In this document: positions 13,142 through 21,454 of the stretch, piece after piece
How the letters are laid out: the number at the start of each line of letters is the position of its first letter
Numbering within the stretch: position 1 is the stretch's first letter
Sequence record: PP355766.1
DNA length: 64,000 bases
Strand: one strand, 5' to 3'
Program-made: the position numbers and the translations under genes
Notes under the pieces: model-generated
The model's database searches: none
Seen by the model: only the letters and a program-made list of their open reading frames with translations
What the model was told of the DNA's origin: nothing

Positions 13142-15466
13142 TTACAGAGTACAACCGCCACTGGAACAACCCTGCTCTGCTGCAGAGCCTCCGGTATCTA
13201 CGTCAAAGTTTGCGTAGTAGAGGTTCTTAATCCCGTATTTAGTGGAGTTAAGGAGATCTTTGATAATCTCAGTACCCGGAATAATACCTCCAGGATACTT
13301 GTTAAAGTCGTAGTACAGGTTGGCACTAATAGCCTGATCCGTAAACTTCTGCAGAACTGCTAACCATTTAATGTGCTCAGTACGGTCAATGTCGAACGCA
13401 TACTTATAGGACTGCATGGTGTCCCAATCGTCTAGGCCCGGAGCTACGGTGATTACTTTGTTAACGCCCGAAGTCTTGATAGTTACTGCACTGCGAGGAG
13501 GTTCTACTGCGTTGGTAACGCCAATCAATACTGAGCTGGACTCCCCAGGCATACTTGCGGTCAGAACGGAGTTACGCATACCGTGAGCTTTGATCTCTTC
13601 ACGGAGGCTCTCCCAGTCCATCTCGAGACCTACGGAAACCAGGTCATCCACAGTCTTCTTGTAAGTATCGATTAACAGCGTACCATCAGAAGTATGAGTA
13701 CGGTGGAACCACGCACAAGGGCCGATCTCTTTTGCCAGACGTACAGACGCTTTGTGAAGGAAGAACGATGCCTTCTCTGCCTCACGGTGGATCCAGTTAC
13801 GGGCTTCTTCGCCTTCGAATGCCAGGCCTTCAGCGGCCATCGCTCCTGCGGCGTTCATCAATCCAATACCTACGTTACGGCGGCGTAATGCAGTGTATTT
13901 CATAGCCGGGAACGGATAGTGCTGAATCTCGATGATGGTATCAACGAACTTCAACAGGATGTAAGAGATCTTCTCCCATTCTTCCAGAGTTTTGATACGG
14001 CCCAGGGCGAATCCGCCTAAGTTGCACAGAGATACTTCCCCATACTCTGAAACATCCATTTTATCCAGTTCTTCGTCTGTACGGTACAGGTCTACTACAT
14101 GAGGGATCGGGAACGTTGGCTGTACAATCTCAACACAAAGGTTGGACATACGCACAGGATCTTTGTAACGGCTGTTACGGTTCACTTCACCAGCGTCCAT
14201 AGTGTACAGGCGGCCAGTCTCCATACGTACGGTTTTCCAGAACTCAATCAGTTCTGCGGCAGGAATCACCGGTGCTACAGGGAGAACTTCGCCCTTGAAA
14301 CCACGTTTGGTAACACCCGCTAGGCGTTTTTCGGCTGCGATGTATAGACGTTCAAATTCTGCTACGTCGCCGGAGTCAAATGCTGCGTATACTTCTGGAG
14401 CGTACAGGAAGCTCATCAGTGTGATGTTCTCTTTACGCAGGAAGCGTTTCAGGAGAATACTGTTGAACTTCAGATTGTAGTCCATCTTATCGATTTTCTT
14501 TTCATCAGGGGAACGGTTGCTCTTAGCTTCCATTACCTGAATGATTTCCGGATCGAAGAACGCAGTGTAAACAGTTGCAGAACCACCACGAGACTGCTGA
14601 GTGTTAGCTTTTACGGAGCGGTCGATGTGTCGATAATATGGCAGTTTTCCAGAGTGTGGGAACGCGCCTTTTCGCACCGGATCAGCAATTGATCTACTCT
14701 CAAGATGATAGCCGATCCCTGCTCGGGCAGCGACCATTTTGAAGACGACGTGCTCTGCTGCGTCAATGGAGTCCAGGGTGTCAGTACCATCAACAAGACA
14801 GCAAGAAGCGAAGCCCCTGTCAGCACTCCGAAGGCCCACGAGCGGCGGAGTTGGGACGTTGATTTTCTGTAGCGACAGCGCGTTATAAAGGTCGATTGCA
14901 TCGAGCATACTCCAGTGAGGTTGAGAAAGCATTGCCATTGCCATACCCATGTAGGCAAACTGCGGAGTTTCATAGATCTCTTCCGTATAAATATTACGTC
15001 TAGAGTATTTATCCATGAACTGCTTCAGACCAGCATTAGTGAATAGTTCGTCACGGCTGTGGTCGATAACTTCGTTTAGAGCTTCGAACTGGTCGTCAGA
15101 GATCCAGCCGCTCATATCTTCCCACGCTCCCAGCTCTACCATGTGGTCGTGGAAGAAACGCAGAGATGGCGGGGTGTAAGAATCAAACAGGTTCTTACGG
15201 AGCTGGGCTAAACGCAGCTCTAGAGCGAATCGGTCGTAACGATGATCACGCTCGATCATTGATTCGGCAGACTTAATCAGCATTGTTTGCAGATCGTCTG
15301 AGTGTACATCACCTTTCGGCAGGTTCTTAACTGCGGCTACCGCTACCGGAGACCACGGCACATCGCTTCGGATTCCGATGTATTTTGCCCAGTCATTCAG
15401 CTTCTGGGCCATGAACGGCTCTTTTGTACCGTCACGCTTGATAACGTATTCAATACGTTGGGTCAT
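13142..15466 (-). CDS. nrdA: class Ia ribonucleotide reductase alpha subunit
   Basis: ATP cone (VIKRDG), ASCC, SNLCVEI, KNLYY, C-terminal Cys pair; AAGGAG RBS before 15466. Confidence 0.97.
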   Translation of the reverse strand: MTQRIEYVIKRDGTKEPFMAQKLNDWAKYIGIRSDVPWSPVAVAAVKNLPKGDVHSDDLQTMLIKSAESMIERDHRYDRFALELRLAQLRKNLFDSYTPPSLRFFHDHMVELGAWEDMSGWISDDQFEALNEVIDHSRDELFTNAGLKQFMDKYSRRNIYTEEIYETPQFAYMGMAMAMLSQPHWSMLDAIDLYNALSLQKINVPTPPLVGLRSADRGFASCCLVDGTDTLDSIDAAEHVVFKMVAARAGIGYHLESRSIADPVRKGAFPHSGKLPYYRHIDRSVKANTQQSRGGSATVYTAFFDPEIIQVMEAKSNRSPDEKKIDKMDYNLKFNSILLKRFLRKENITLMSFLYAPEVYAAFDSGDVAEFERLYIAAEKRLAGVTKRGFKGEVLPVAPVIPAAELIEFWKTVRMETGRLYTMDAGEVNRNSRYKDPVRMSNLCVEIVQPTFPIPHVVDLYRTDEELDKMDVSEYGEVSLCNLGGFALGRIKTLEEWEKISYILLKFVDTIIEIQHYPFPAMKYTALRRRNVGIGLMNAAGAMAAEGLAFEGEEARNWIHREAEKASFFLHKASVRLAKEIGPCAWFHRTHTSDGTLLIDTYKKTVDDLVSVGLEMDWESLREEIKAHGMRNSVLTASMPGESSSVLIGVTNAVEPPRSAVTIKTSGVNKVITVAPGLDDWDTMQSYKYAFDIDRTEHIKWLAVLQKFTDQAISANLYYDFNKYPGGIIPGTEIIKDLLNSTKYGIKNLYYANFDVDTGGSAAEQGCSSGGCTL

Positions 15467-15504
15467 TGGTAACTCCTTTTGGAGGTTGTCGGGATTTAAG
15501 AAAT

Positions 15505-15533
15505 ATTCTACTTTGTTTTCGGCCATTTTGCAA
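15505..15533 (-). promoter_or_regulatory. promoter upstream of nrdA
   Basis: TTGCAA-17-TAGAAT. Confidence 0.7.
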
Positions 15534-15550
15534 ATGAGATTTTACAGACA

Positions 15551-15582
15551 AAAACAGGCAACCCCTTTCGAGGCTGCCTGTG
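15551..15582 (-). terminator. rho-independent terminator
   Basis: CAGGCAGCCUC-GAAA-GGGGUUGCCUG followed by U tract. Confidence 0.8.
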
Positions 15583-15594
15583 TGTCGGTCTACT

Positions 15595-15804
15595 TTAATA
15601 AAAGTGTAATTTTTTCATTCGACTAACTAACTCTTTAGTACCGAGGGGTTGGTTAGGAAATTCGTTTGCTATCTTGAAAGCGGCATGGTGTCGCCGCTCA
15701 TCCTCAGGATAGTTAGCATTGTATTTATTGACTGTTGCCAGGGATACTGGATGCACTTTCGTTTTACGAGTGCGGAAGTTGTTCAGTGTAAATACGTTGT
15801 TCAT
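15595..15804 (-). CDS. hypothetical protein (69 aa)
   Basis: AGGAG RBS. Confidence 0.75.
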   Translation of the reverse strand: MNNVFTLNNFRTRKTKVHPVSLATVNKYNANYPEDERRHHAAFKIANEFPNQPLGTKELVSRMKKLHFY

Positions 15805-15818
15805 ACGCGCTCCTAGAG

Positions 15819-15932
15819 TTAGAGGTCAGGACGTTCGTCGTGAGAAGTGATACCTTCACCGAAGCCTACAAAGCCCCAGTTTTCTTCAGAGGTAATACCC
15901 TCACCATAACCAATGATCAGTTCAGTAACCAT
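15819..15932 (-). CDS. 37-aa microprotein with duplicated GEGITS motif
   Basis: MVTELIIGYGEGITSEENWGFVGFGEGITSHDERPDL; starts 1 nt after the phoH stop. Confidence 0.6.
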   Translation of the reverse strand: MVTELIIGYGEGITSEENWGFVGFGEGITSHDERPDL

Positions 15933-15933
15933 A

Positions 15934-16683
15934 TTAGATTCCCATATCGTTAAAGATTGCCTGGAATGCTTTGGATTCAGCGGAACGCACGTTATCATGT
16001 AACTCTACTAAGGAGAAAGGCACATGTTCGTACTGATCGTAGATATCCATGATCAGTTGCAGACCAGAATCAGATTTAATGTCTTTCTGCGCTACGTCGC
16101 CACAGATTACTAATTTGCAATCCTGACCTACGCGGGTTAGAATACACTTCATTGCTTCTACGGAGATATTTTGAGCTTCGTCAACAATTACATAAGAATT
16201 GTTGAAGGTACGACCGCGTGCATGTTCGATAGCAAGGTATTGGATTGCCTTGCGTTCAACCAGCCCCTGATAAGAACGTTCCCCTAAGGCCCATTTAAAG
16301 CCATCGGCGATTGGTTCTAACCACGGTGCCATCTTCTCGTTCAGATCTCCTGGCAGCATCCCTAGGGATTTACCAAGAGGTTCGTTAGGACGGACTAGGA
16401 TGAACTTCTCGTACACAGAACCAGGCGTTGCTAACTCTTGAGCAGCGAGAACAGATGGGATAAACGTTTTACCCGTACCTGCTTCTCCAATACCAACTGT
16501 CACCGTAAAGTTACGGATGGTGCTAATATAGTGCTTTTGTTCAGCGTTCTTCGGCTTGAGTTCTTTTGCGGTTGGTTGAAAACGCTCCCGTGCTTCAAAA
16601 TCAACGGGGATGACGTTTTCGTGACGTTCACGTTTTGCGCTACCGTTACGGCGCGACTCCTTACGACGTGCTGCTTTTCTCAT
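15934..16683 (-). CDS. phoH: PhoH-like ATPase
   Basis: GEAGTGKT, RGRTF, IVDEAQN, GDVAQKD. Confidence 0.97.
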   Translation of the reverse strand: MRKAARRKESRRNGSAKRERHENVIPVDFEARERFQPTAKELKPKNAEQKHYISTIRNFTVTVGIGEAGTGKTFIPSVLAAQELATPGSVYEKFILVRPNEPLGKSLGMLPGDLNEKMAPWLEPIADGFKWALGERSYQGLVERKAIQYLAIEHARGRTFNNSYVIVDEAQNISVEAMKCILTRVGQDCKLVICGDVAQKDIKSDSGLQLIMDIYDQYEHVPFSLVELHDNVRSAESKAFQAIFNDMGI

Positions 16684-16746
16684 TGCGATCTCCTTAGAGG
16701 TCTACAGAGGGTCAAATTTCGACCATGTTTATCAATTTAGAATACC

Positions 16747-16775
16747 AGTATACCAAGTTTTGGCGTGGATTGCAA
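16747..16775 (-). promoter_or_regulatory. leftward promoter
   Basis: TTGCAA-17-TATACT. Confidence 0.75.
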
Positions 16776-16941
16776 CTGAAATTTTCTAGGATGATATGGA
16801 GGACGGATCCTTTCCTTTATTCGCGCGATGCGCGGGCGCACACGAATAATATAAAATGAGGGAGATAAGCAAATAAAATTTTCCAGTTTTTATTGTTTTG
16901 ATGATCCAGATCAAGTTACTGTTGATTATAATAAAATAAGG

Positions 16942-16970
16942 TTGACATAGCTGTGCCTATTTGATATAAT
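16942..16970 (+). promoter_or_regulatory. rightward consensus promoter
   Basis: TTGACA-17-TATAAT. Confidence 0.9.
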
Positions 16971-16992
16971 ATATGCCTAACTGGAGGAATAT

Positions 16993-18822
16993 ATGAACGA
17001 ATTAGACCTGATTGATAATATCTATAGTATCCTTGATAACGAAGGTGAAGAAGACCTTATGTTTAATAACGCCAATAAGGCAAGCGAGCAGTTTCCTACA
17101 CAGAGGGACATGATAGCTGGGGAGGTTTCTAAATATGTGGTAGCACAGGAGCTTCCGGCATACCTATTAGCGGCGCATAATAGAGGGGAGATACACATTC
17201 ACGATATGGACTACCGCGCACAAGGGTATACTAACTGCTGCCTAGTGGATCTAGCGGGGATGTTTAAGAATGGAACTAAAATTGGTGGAGCAGAGATTGA
17301 AACTCCAAAATCTATCTCTACTGCAGCTGCAGTAACTGCCCAAGTTATTGCCCAGGTAAGCTCGTGTCAGTATGGGGGTACGTCTATCGATCGTATTGAC
17401 GAGGTCTTTGCCCCGTATGTCCGTAAGTCCTATGATAAGCACTTAGCTATTGGCCAGCGTTGGCTGCACGATAGTAAGAAGGCAGCAGTGTATGCTACTG
17501 AGATGACAGAAAAAGAAGTATATGATGCGTGCCAGGGACTAGAGTACGAAGTTAATACTCTATTCAACTCTAATGGTCAGCAGCCATTTGTGACATTTGG
17601 GTTTGGTTTAGGAGAATCCTGGGAGGCACGCATGTTGCAGAAAGCTATGCTGGAAGTTCGTATAAGAGGCCTGGGTGCTTCAGGGCATACTGCTGTATTT
17701 CCTAAACTTATTTTCGCAGTTAAGGAAGGACTCAATAAGTCCCCGAGTGATCCTAACTACGATATCAAACAGCTGGCGCTCATCTGCACTTCTAAGAGAA
17801 TGTACCCGGATTACGTGAGCTATGAAAGAGTATCGGCTGTTACGGGTGATTTTAAGTTCCCTATGGGTTGTCGGTCTTTCCTTTCAGCTATTGAGTCCGG
17901 GGAGACTGCGGGGCGCAATAACTTAGGGGTTGTGTCCATTAACCTGCCGCTAGTTGCTGTAGAGTCTGAGGGATGCTTTGATAAGTTTTGGGGAATATTA
18001 GACGAGTACATTGATAAAGCAATGGCTGCCCACGATTGGGCTATTGAGCGGTTGAAGCGTGTGCGTGCTAAACAGGCGCCAATTCTCTATATGCACGGAG
18101 CTTTTGGGGTACGGTTGAAAGCCAATGATCTTGTATGGCCCATCTTTGAGGGCAGGGCATCAGTGTCTTTGGGATATATCGGTATTAACGAGGTGATTGA
18201 GGTAATGTTTGAAGATACCGACCCTATGTCTCCACCTGCGGTTGAATTTGCAGTACGGGTTCTCAATCACATGAAAGACCGTTGCAACAAAAAAGCTGAG
18301 GAAACTAATCTCGGATTCAGTCTTTATGCTACTCCTAGCGAATCTTTGTGCAATAGATTCAACACTAAAATTGCCGAACAGTATCCGGAGTATGACTGGC
18401 TAACGGATAAAGGCTACCTGACTAATAGCCATCACCTGGATGTCCGTACAAAAGTTGCCCCTAACGTGAAGTTTGACTATGAAGCTAATTTTACTACCAT
18501 CGCCAATGGGGGTAATATATCCTTTGTAGAGCTTCCGGAGATGCGTAAGTTTATCTCTGCACTAGAGTGGGTTGTTGATTATGGATTAAGTAAATCTCAC
18601 TACATAGGGGTTAACATTCCAGTTGATGAATGTGAAGAGTGCGGATATCTAGGAGAGTCTGTATCCGGGGAGCACGGCTTTGTATGTCCTCAATGTGGGT
18701 CGGGGAATATCTCGGTTACCCGTCGCGTTTGTGGGTACTTAGGTAGTCCTGGTAGTAGACCCTTTAACCCTGGTAAGCAACAGGAAGTAATGCAAAGGGT
18801 CAAACACATGAATTTGAAATAA
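16993..18822 (+). CDS. nrdD: anaerobic (class III) ribonucleotide reductase
   Basis: IHIHDMD, NCCL, PMGCRS, CxxC..CxxC and the RRVCGYLG glycyl-radical motif. Confidence 0.97.
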   Translation: MNELDLIDNIYSILDNEGEEDLMFNNANKASEQFPTQRDMIAGEVSKYVVAQELPAYLLAAHNRGEIHIHDMDYRAQGYTNCCLVDLAGMFKNGTKIGGAEIETPKSISTAAAVTAQVIAQVSSCQYGGTSIDRIDEVFAPYVRKSYDKHLAIGQRWLHDSKKAAVYATEMTEKEVYDACQGLEYEVNTLFNSNGQQPFVTFGFGLGESWEARMLQKAMLEVRIRGLGASGHTAVFPKLIFAVKEGLNKSPSDPNYDIKQLALICTSKRMYPDYVSYERVSAVTGDFKFPMGCRSFLSAIESGETAGRNNLGVVSINLPLVAVESEGCFDKFWGILDEYIDKAMAAHDWAIERLKRVRAKQAPILYMHGAFGVRLKANDLVWPIFEGRASVSLGYIGINEVIEVMFEDTDPMSPPAVEFAVRVLNHMKDRCNKKAEETNLGFSLYATPSESLCNRFNTKIAEQYPEYDWLTDKGYLTNSHHLDVRTKVAPNVKFDYEANFTTIANGGNISFVELPEMRKFISALEWVVDYGLSKSHYIGVNIPVDECEECGYLGESVSGEHGFVCPQCGSGNISVTRRVCGYLGSPGSRPFNPGKQQEVMQRVKHMNLK

Positions 18823-18827
18823 ATCAC

Positions 18828-18856
18828 TTGCTAAATACCTCCGTTTTTGATAAGAT
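18828..18856 (+). promoter_or_regulatory. promoter
   Basis: TTGCTA-17-TAAGAT. Confidence 0.65.
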
Positions 18857-18882
18857 AGTTGTAATTGAGAAACGGAGGATTT

Positions 18883-19095
18883 ATGAAAATCCATAAAACT
18901 GATGAAAAGCGTATCTACTTTATGATGGACTCTGGAGCATACGGATCTATTTCCCGAGAAGACGTGGTAAAACTTCTGCGATGCCGTAACCACTTGTGGA
19001 AAGATAAAGTCGATCCCAGAACCTCTGAGTGCTTGTCCGAAAAGGCTGAGCAGTTGCGGAAAGAAGAAATGAGAAACTATATGGAGTTCCTGTAA
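18883..19095 (+). CDS. hypothetical protein (70 aa)
   Basis: GGAGG RBS before ATG 18883. Confidence 0.75.
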   Translation: MKIHKTDEKRIYFMMDSGAYGSISREDVVKLLRCRNHLWKDKVDPRTSECLSEKAEQLRKEEMRNYMEFL

Positions 19096-19928
19096 TGCGT
19101 AGATTGATTATCGTAAGTGGTGCTGGATTGAGTGCTGATAGCGGAGTGCCAACGTTCCGTAAGGGTGCCATCACTCCCCTGTGGGATAAATACAAACTAA
19201 CCGAAGTATGCAATATTCAGGCGTTCGATAAGGGGTTTCACTATCTGAACGACCCTATGCCCCCGTTAGAAGCCCTTTCTGAGGGATCTGATGATGAGCC
19301 TAGTCGCAACCTGTACGAGCTAACCCATGAGTTCTACAACATGCGGCGACAGGAGCTGGGTACGGTGGAGCCTAACATTGCTCACTTGAGAATTGCTGAG
19401 TGGTATGAGTGCTTCCCTGGTCAAGTCGTTAACTTTACTACTAACGTGGATGATCTGCTAGAGCGTGCTGGCATTCCCCATGATGATGTGATCCATGCTC
19501 ATGGCTACCTTACGGAGATAATGTATCGCCGAGGTAAGGATGTGATCGTGGAAGATATCGGGTACACTGCGGTTGATTATCGTAAGTATGAGTGGGTTAA
19601 ACCTGCAATTACGTTCTTCGGGGAAACCGCTCCGTGGTATATGGGGCAGATCAACCTGTTTGATACCCTGACAACCCAGGATCTGGTAATCGTTGTTGGT
19701 GCCAGTAACCAAGTAATCGATTTTAATTGGGAGCTATTTCCGGCCCATAGTCGAGGTACTAAAGTGTGGGTAGTAAACAACGGTATTAACTACCTGGAGC
19801 AGAGTTTGTACGAAGAACGCGGGATCCCCGTTTGGTATGATACTGCTGCCAATGTATTCAGCAACAAACATTTCATAGGTCAAGTTGAGGCTTGGCTGGA
19901 GGAGAAAATTTATGTACCATCCCGATGA
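19095..19928 (+). CDS. Sir2-family NAD-dependent deacylase
   Basis: SGAGLSADSGVPTFR, TTNVDDL, HAHG, FFGE, VGAS. Confidence 0.93.
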   Translation: MRRLIIVSGAGLSADSGVPTFRKGAITPLWDKYKLTEVCNIQAFDKGFHYLNDPMPPLEALSEGSDDEPSRNLYELTHEFYNMRRQELGTVEPNIAHLRIAEWYECFPGQVVNFTTNVDDLLERAGIPHDDVIHAHGYLTEIMYRRGKDVIVEDIGYTAVDYRKYEWVKPAITFFGETAPWYMGQINLFDTLTTQDLVIVVGASNQVIDFNWELFPAHSRGTKVWVVNNGINYLEQSLYEERGIPVWYDTAANVFSNKHFIGQVEAWLEEKIYVPSR

Positions 19929-20073
19929 TATCCTGTTGTGGCCCAATGGTAGTTGGTGTTATCGCAGTGATGTACAAGATATGAGTCACCTATCGGACGA
20001 CTATCAGGTTTTACGAGCGGACTCTAAGCAGTGGCACGAATTCATCCAAATGGGGGAAGAATATGCTGGTTAA
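19912..20073 (+). CDS. hypothetical protein (53 aa)
   Basis: GGAGGAG RBS before ATG 19912. Confidence 0.7.
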   Translation: MYHPDDILLWPNGSWCYRSDVQDMSHLSDDYQVLRADSKQWHEFIQMGEEYAG

Positions 20074-20464
20074 TGAAAAGATTGTTAATCAAGGGGTTGG
20101 GCTAGTTCCCTGGGCTGAAATTCCTCTGGACGTAAAAGAGTCTCTGCTGGACCATCTTCGTGTGTGGTGCGATAATATGGAGGTCTACTTCGATTATGAC
20201 AACATGCACCTGGGGCTATGGGTTCCTATGGACGAAGATCAAGATGAAGTCCTAGACTGGGGCGATCTGACTGAGATGGGGCTGGTATTTGCGCTAGGCT
20301 ACGTGTGTCTGCTGCGTGAGTCCTATATCCCGGTTGGGGTTACAGGTGTTTCAGCAGGTATTTGGGTCGGACGTAATGAAGATTATTATGCTCCGGAAAA
20401 TATTAACGGTTGGATCCAGGTGCTGCGTCGCTTCGGTTTCCAAGTTGAAGGGTTAACTAAATGA
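20063..20464 (+). CDS. hypothetical protein (133 aa), paralog of the next ORF
   Basis: Shared WAxIP and DWxDLxxxGL motifs. Confidence 0.8.
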   Translation: MLVNEKIVNQGVGLVPWAEIPLDVKESLLDHLRVWCDNMEVYFDYDNMHLGLWVPMDEDQDEVLDWGDLTEMGLVFALGYVCLLRESYIPVGVTGVSAGIWVGRNEDYYAPENINGWIQVLRRFGFQVEGLTK

Positions 20465-20856
20465 GTATTCCTAAAATGGAACGTATCTCCTGGGCGGATA
20501 TCCCCAAGGAATTGATTGATGTAGCAGAGAATCTGCTGCGAGCCGCGTTGAGGGACGAGGAGCTTTGCTTCATCATCCAACATGACGTGTGTGTTGGCTT
20601 GTCCAAAGGTAGTTTGGCCCAGGATTATGAGATCCTCTTTGATTGGGATGACCTCTCGGATCTGGGGCTAATGGTTCTGGTGAACAACGTTGTGTTCCAC
20701 CCCTCTAATTTTGCAGCATTCCGTGAACCGGGGGCGGGTATTTCTCCAGGGTTCTTGGTAGCTGACGAGCCTTGGACGTATGCTCCAGAGGTTCTTCGTG
20801 AAGGCAAACAAAATGCCTCTTCTAACTCAATTAATATTATGGGTTGGAATGCCTAG
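20461..20856 (+). CDS. hypothetical protein (131 aa)
   Basis: Overlap-coupled ORF. Confidence 0.8.
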   Translation: MSIPKMERISWADIPKELIDVAENLLRAALRDEELCFIIQHDVCVGLSKGSLAQDYEILFDWDDLSDLGLMVLVNNVVFHPSNFAAFREPGAGISPGFLVADEPWTYAPEVLREGKQNASSNSINIMGWNA

Positions 20857-20866
20857 TTGAACACTT

Positions 20867-20894
20867 AGACCAGGGGATTATCCCCTGGTCTTTT
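20867..20894 (+). terminator. rho-independent terminator
   Basis: AGACCAGGGGA-TTA-TCCCCTGGTCT-TTT. Confidence 0.85.
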
Positions 20895-20938
20895 CTATGC
20901 TTAAACCCAGTTACCTACCACGTATTTAAATATTTTAC

Positions 20939-20967
20939 TTGCAATCTCGCCACGAATTTTATATAAT
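20939..20967 (+). promoter_or_regulatory. promoter upstream of obp
   Basis: TTGCAA-17-TATAAT. Confidence 0.85.
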
Positions 20968-20974
20968 ATATTCA

Positions 20975-21440
20975 TAGGTTGAGAGAAATGATGTGAGTTA
21001 CAAAACTGACATAATTCCTCTCATTCACTTCCGAGTATACAGAACAGTCCGGCTGCTACATGCTTGGTTGGGTTTGGCTTATTGGGAAATTGATTCCGAA
21101 CGGAATTATAGATAATTGATCTAGAATGCGGGTAAGAGAGGTTGGCATCGCGAGGCTCTCAGATATTTGTTCGTTAGTCATGTGGAGCAAATAGCACCGC
21201 GGTCTGAAATGACCAAGAAGTGAAGCTGTAAGTAGCAACGTACCTCTGCGCAATAGCGACGAATAGGGGTCAACCACATGGAGCTTAGCGGCGATTACAT
21301 GCTGTGTGGGAGTTGTGCGAAGCGGCCAGTTCTAGCAATGAGGAAGTGACCACCCCTCCATCTATAAGGAAATTTGTTGAGTCAGTGGACTTTTAAGCTG
21401 TTCTATCCTTGATAGTTCGAGATCGCTTTATTCTTCAACA
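20975..21440 (+). ncRNA. long structured leader or candidate ncRNA before obp
   Basis: ~480 nt without a credible ORF; helices 21136-21140/21156-21160, 21164-21172/21185-21193 and 21121-21126/21330-21335. Confidence 0.4.
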
Positions 21441-21454
21441 TAGGAGAAAACGTA

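Noticed and set aside
15467-15526. 20-aa N-terminal extension of NrdA in the track
   Set aside because: This stretch is the TTGCAA-17-TAGAAT promoter; the RBS points to ATG 15466
10471-18822. Introns, inteins or homing endonucleases in thyA, nrdB, nrdA or nrdD
   Set aside because: All are continuous ORFs of normal length, with no intein or HNH motifs seen
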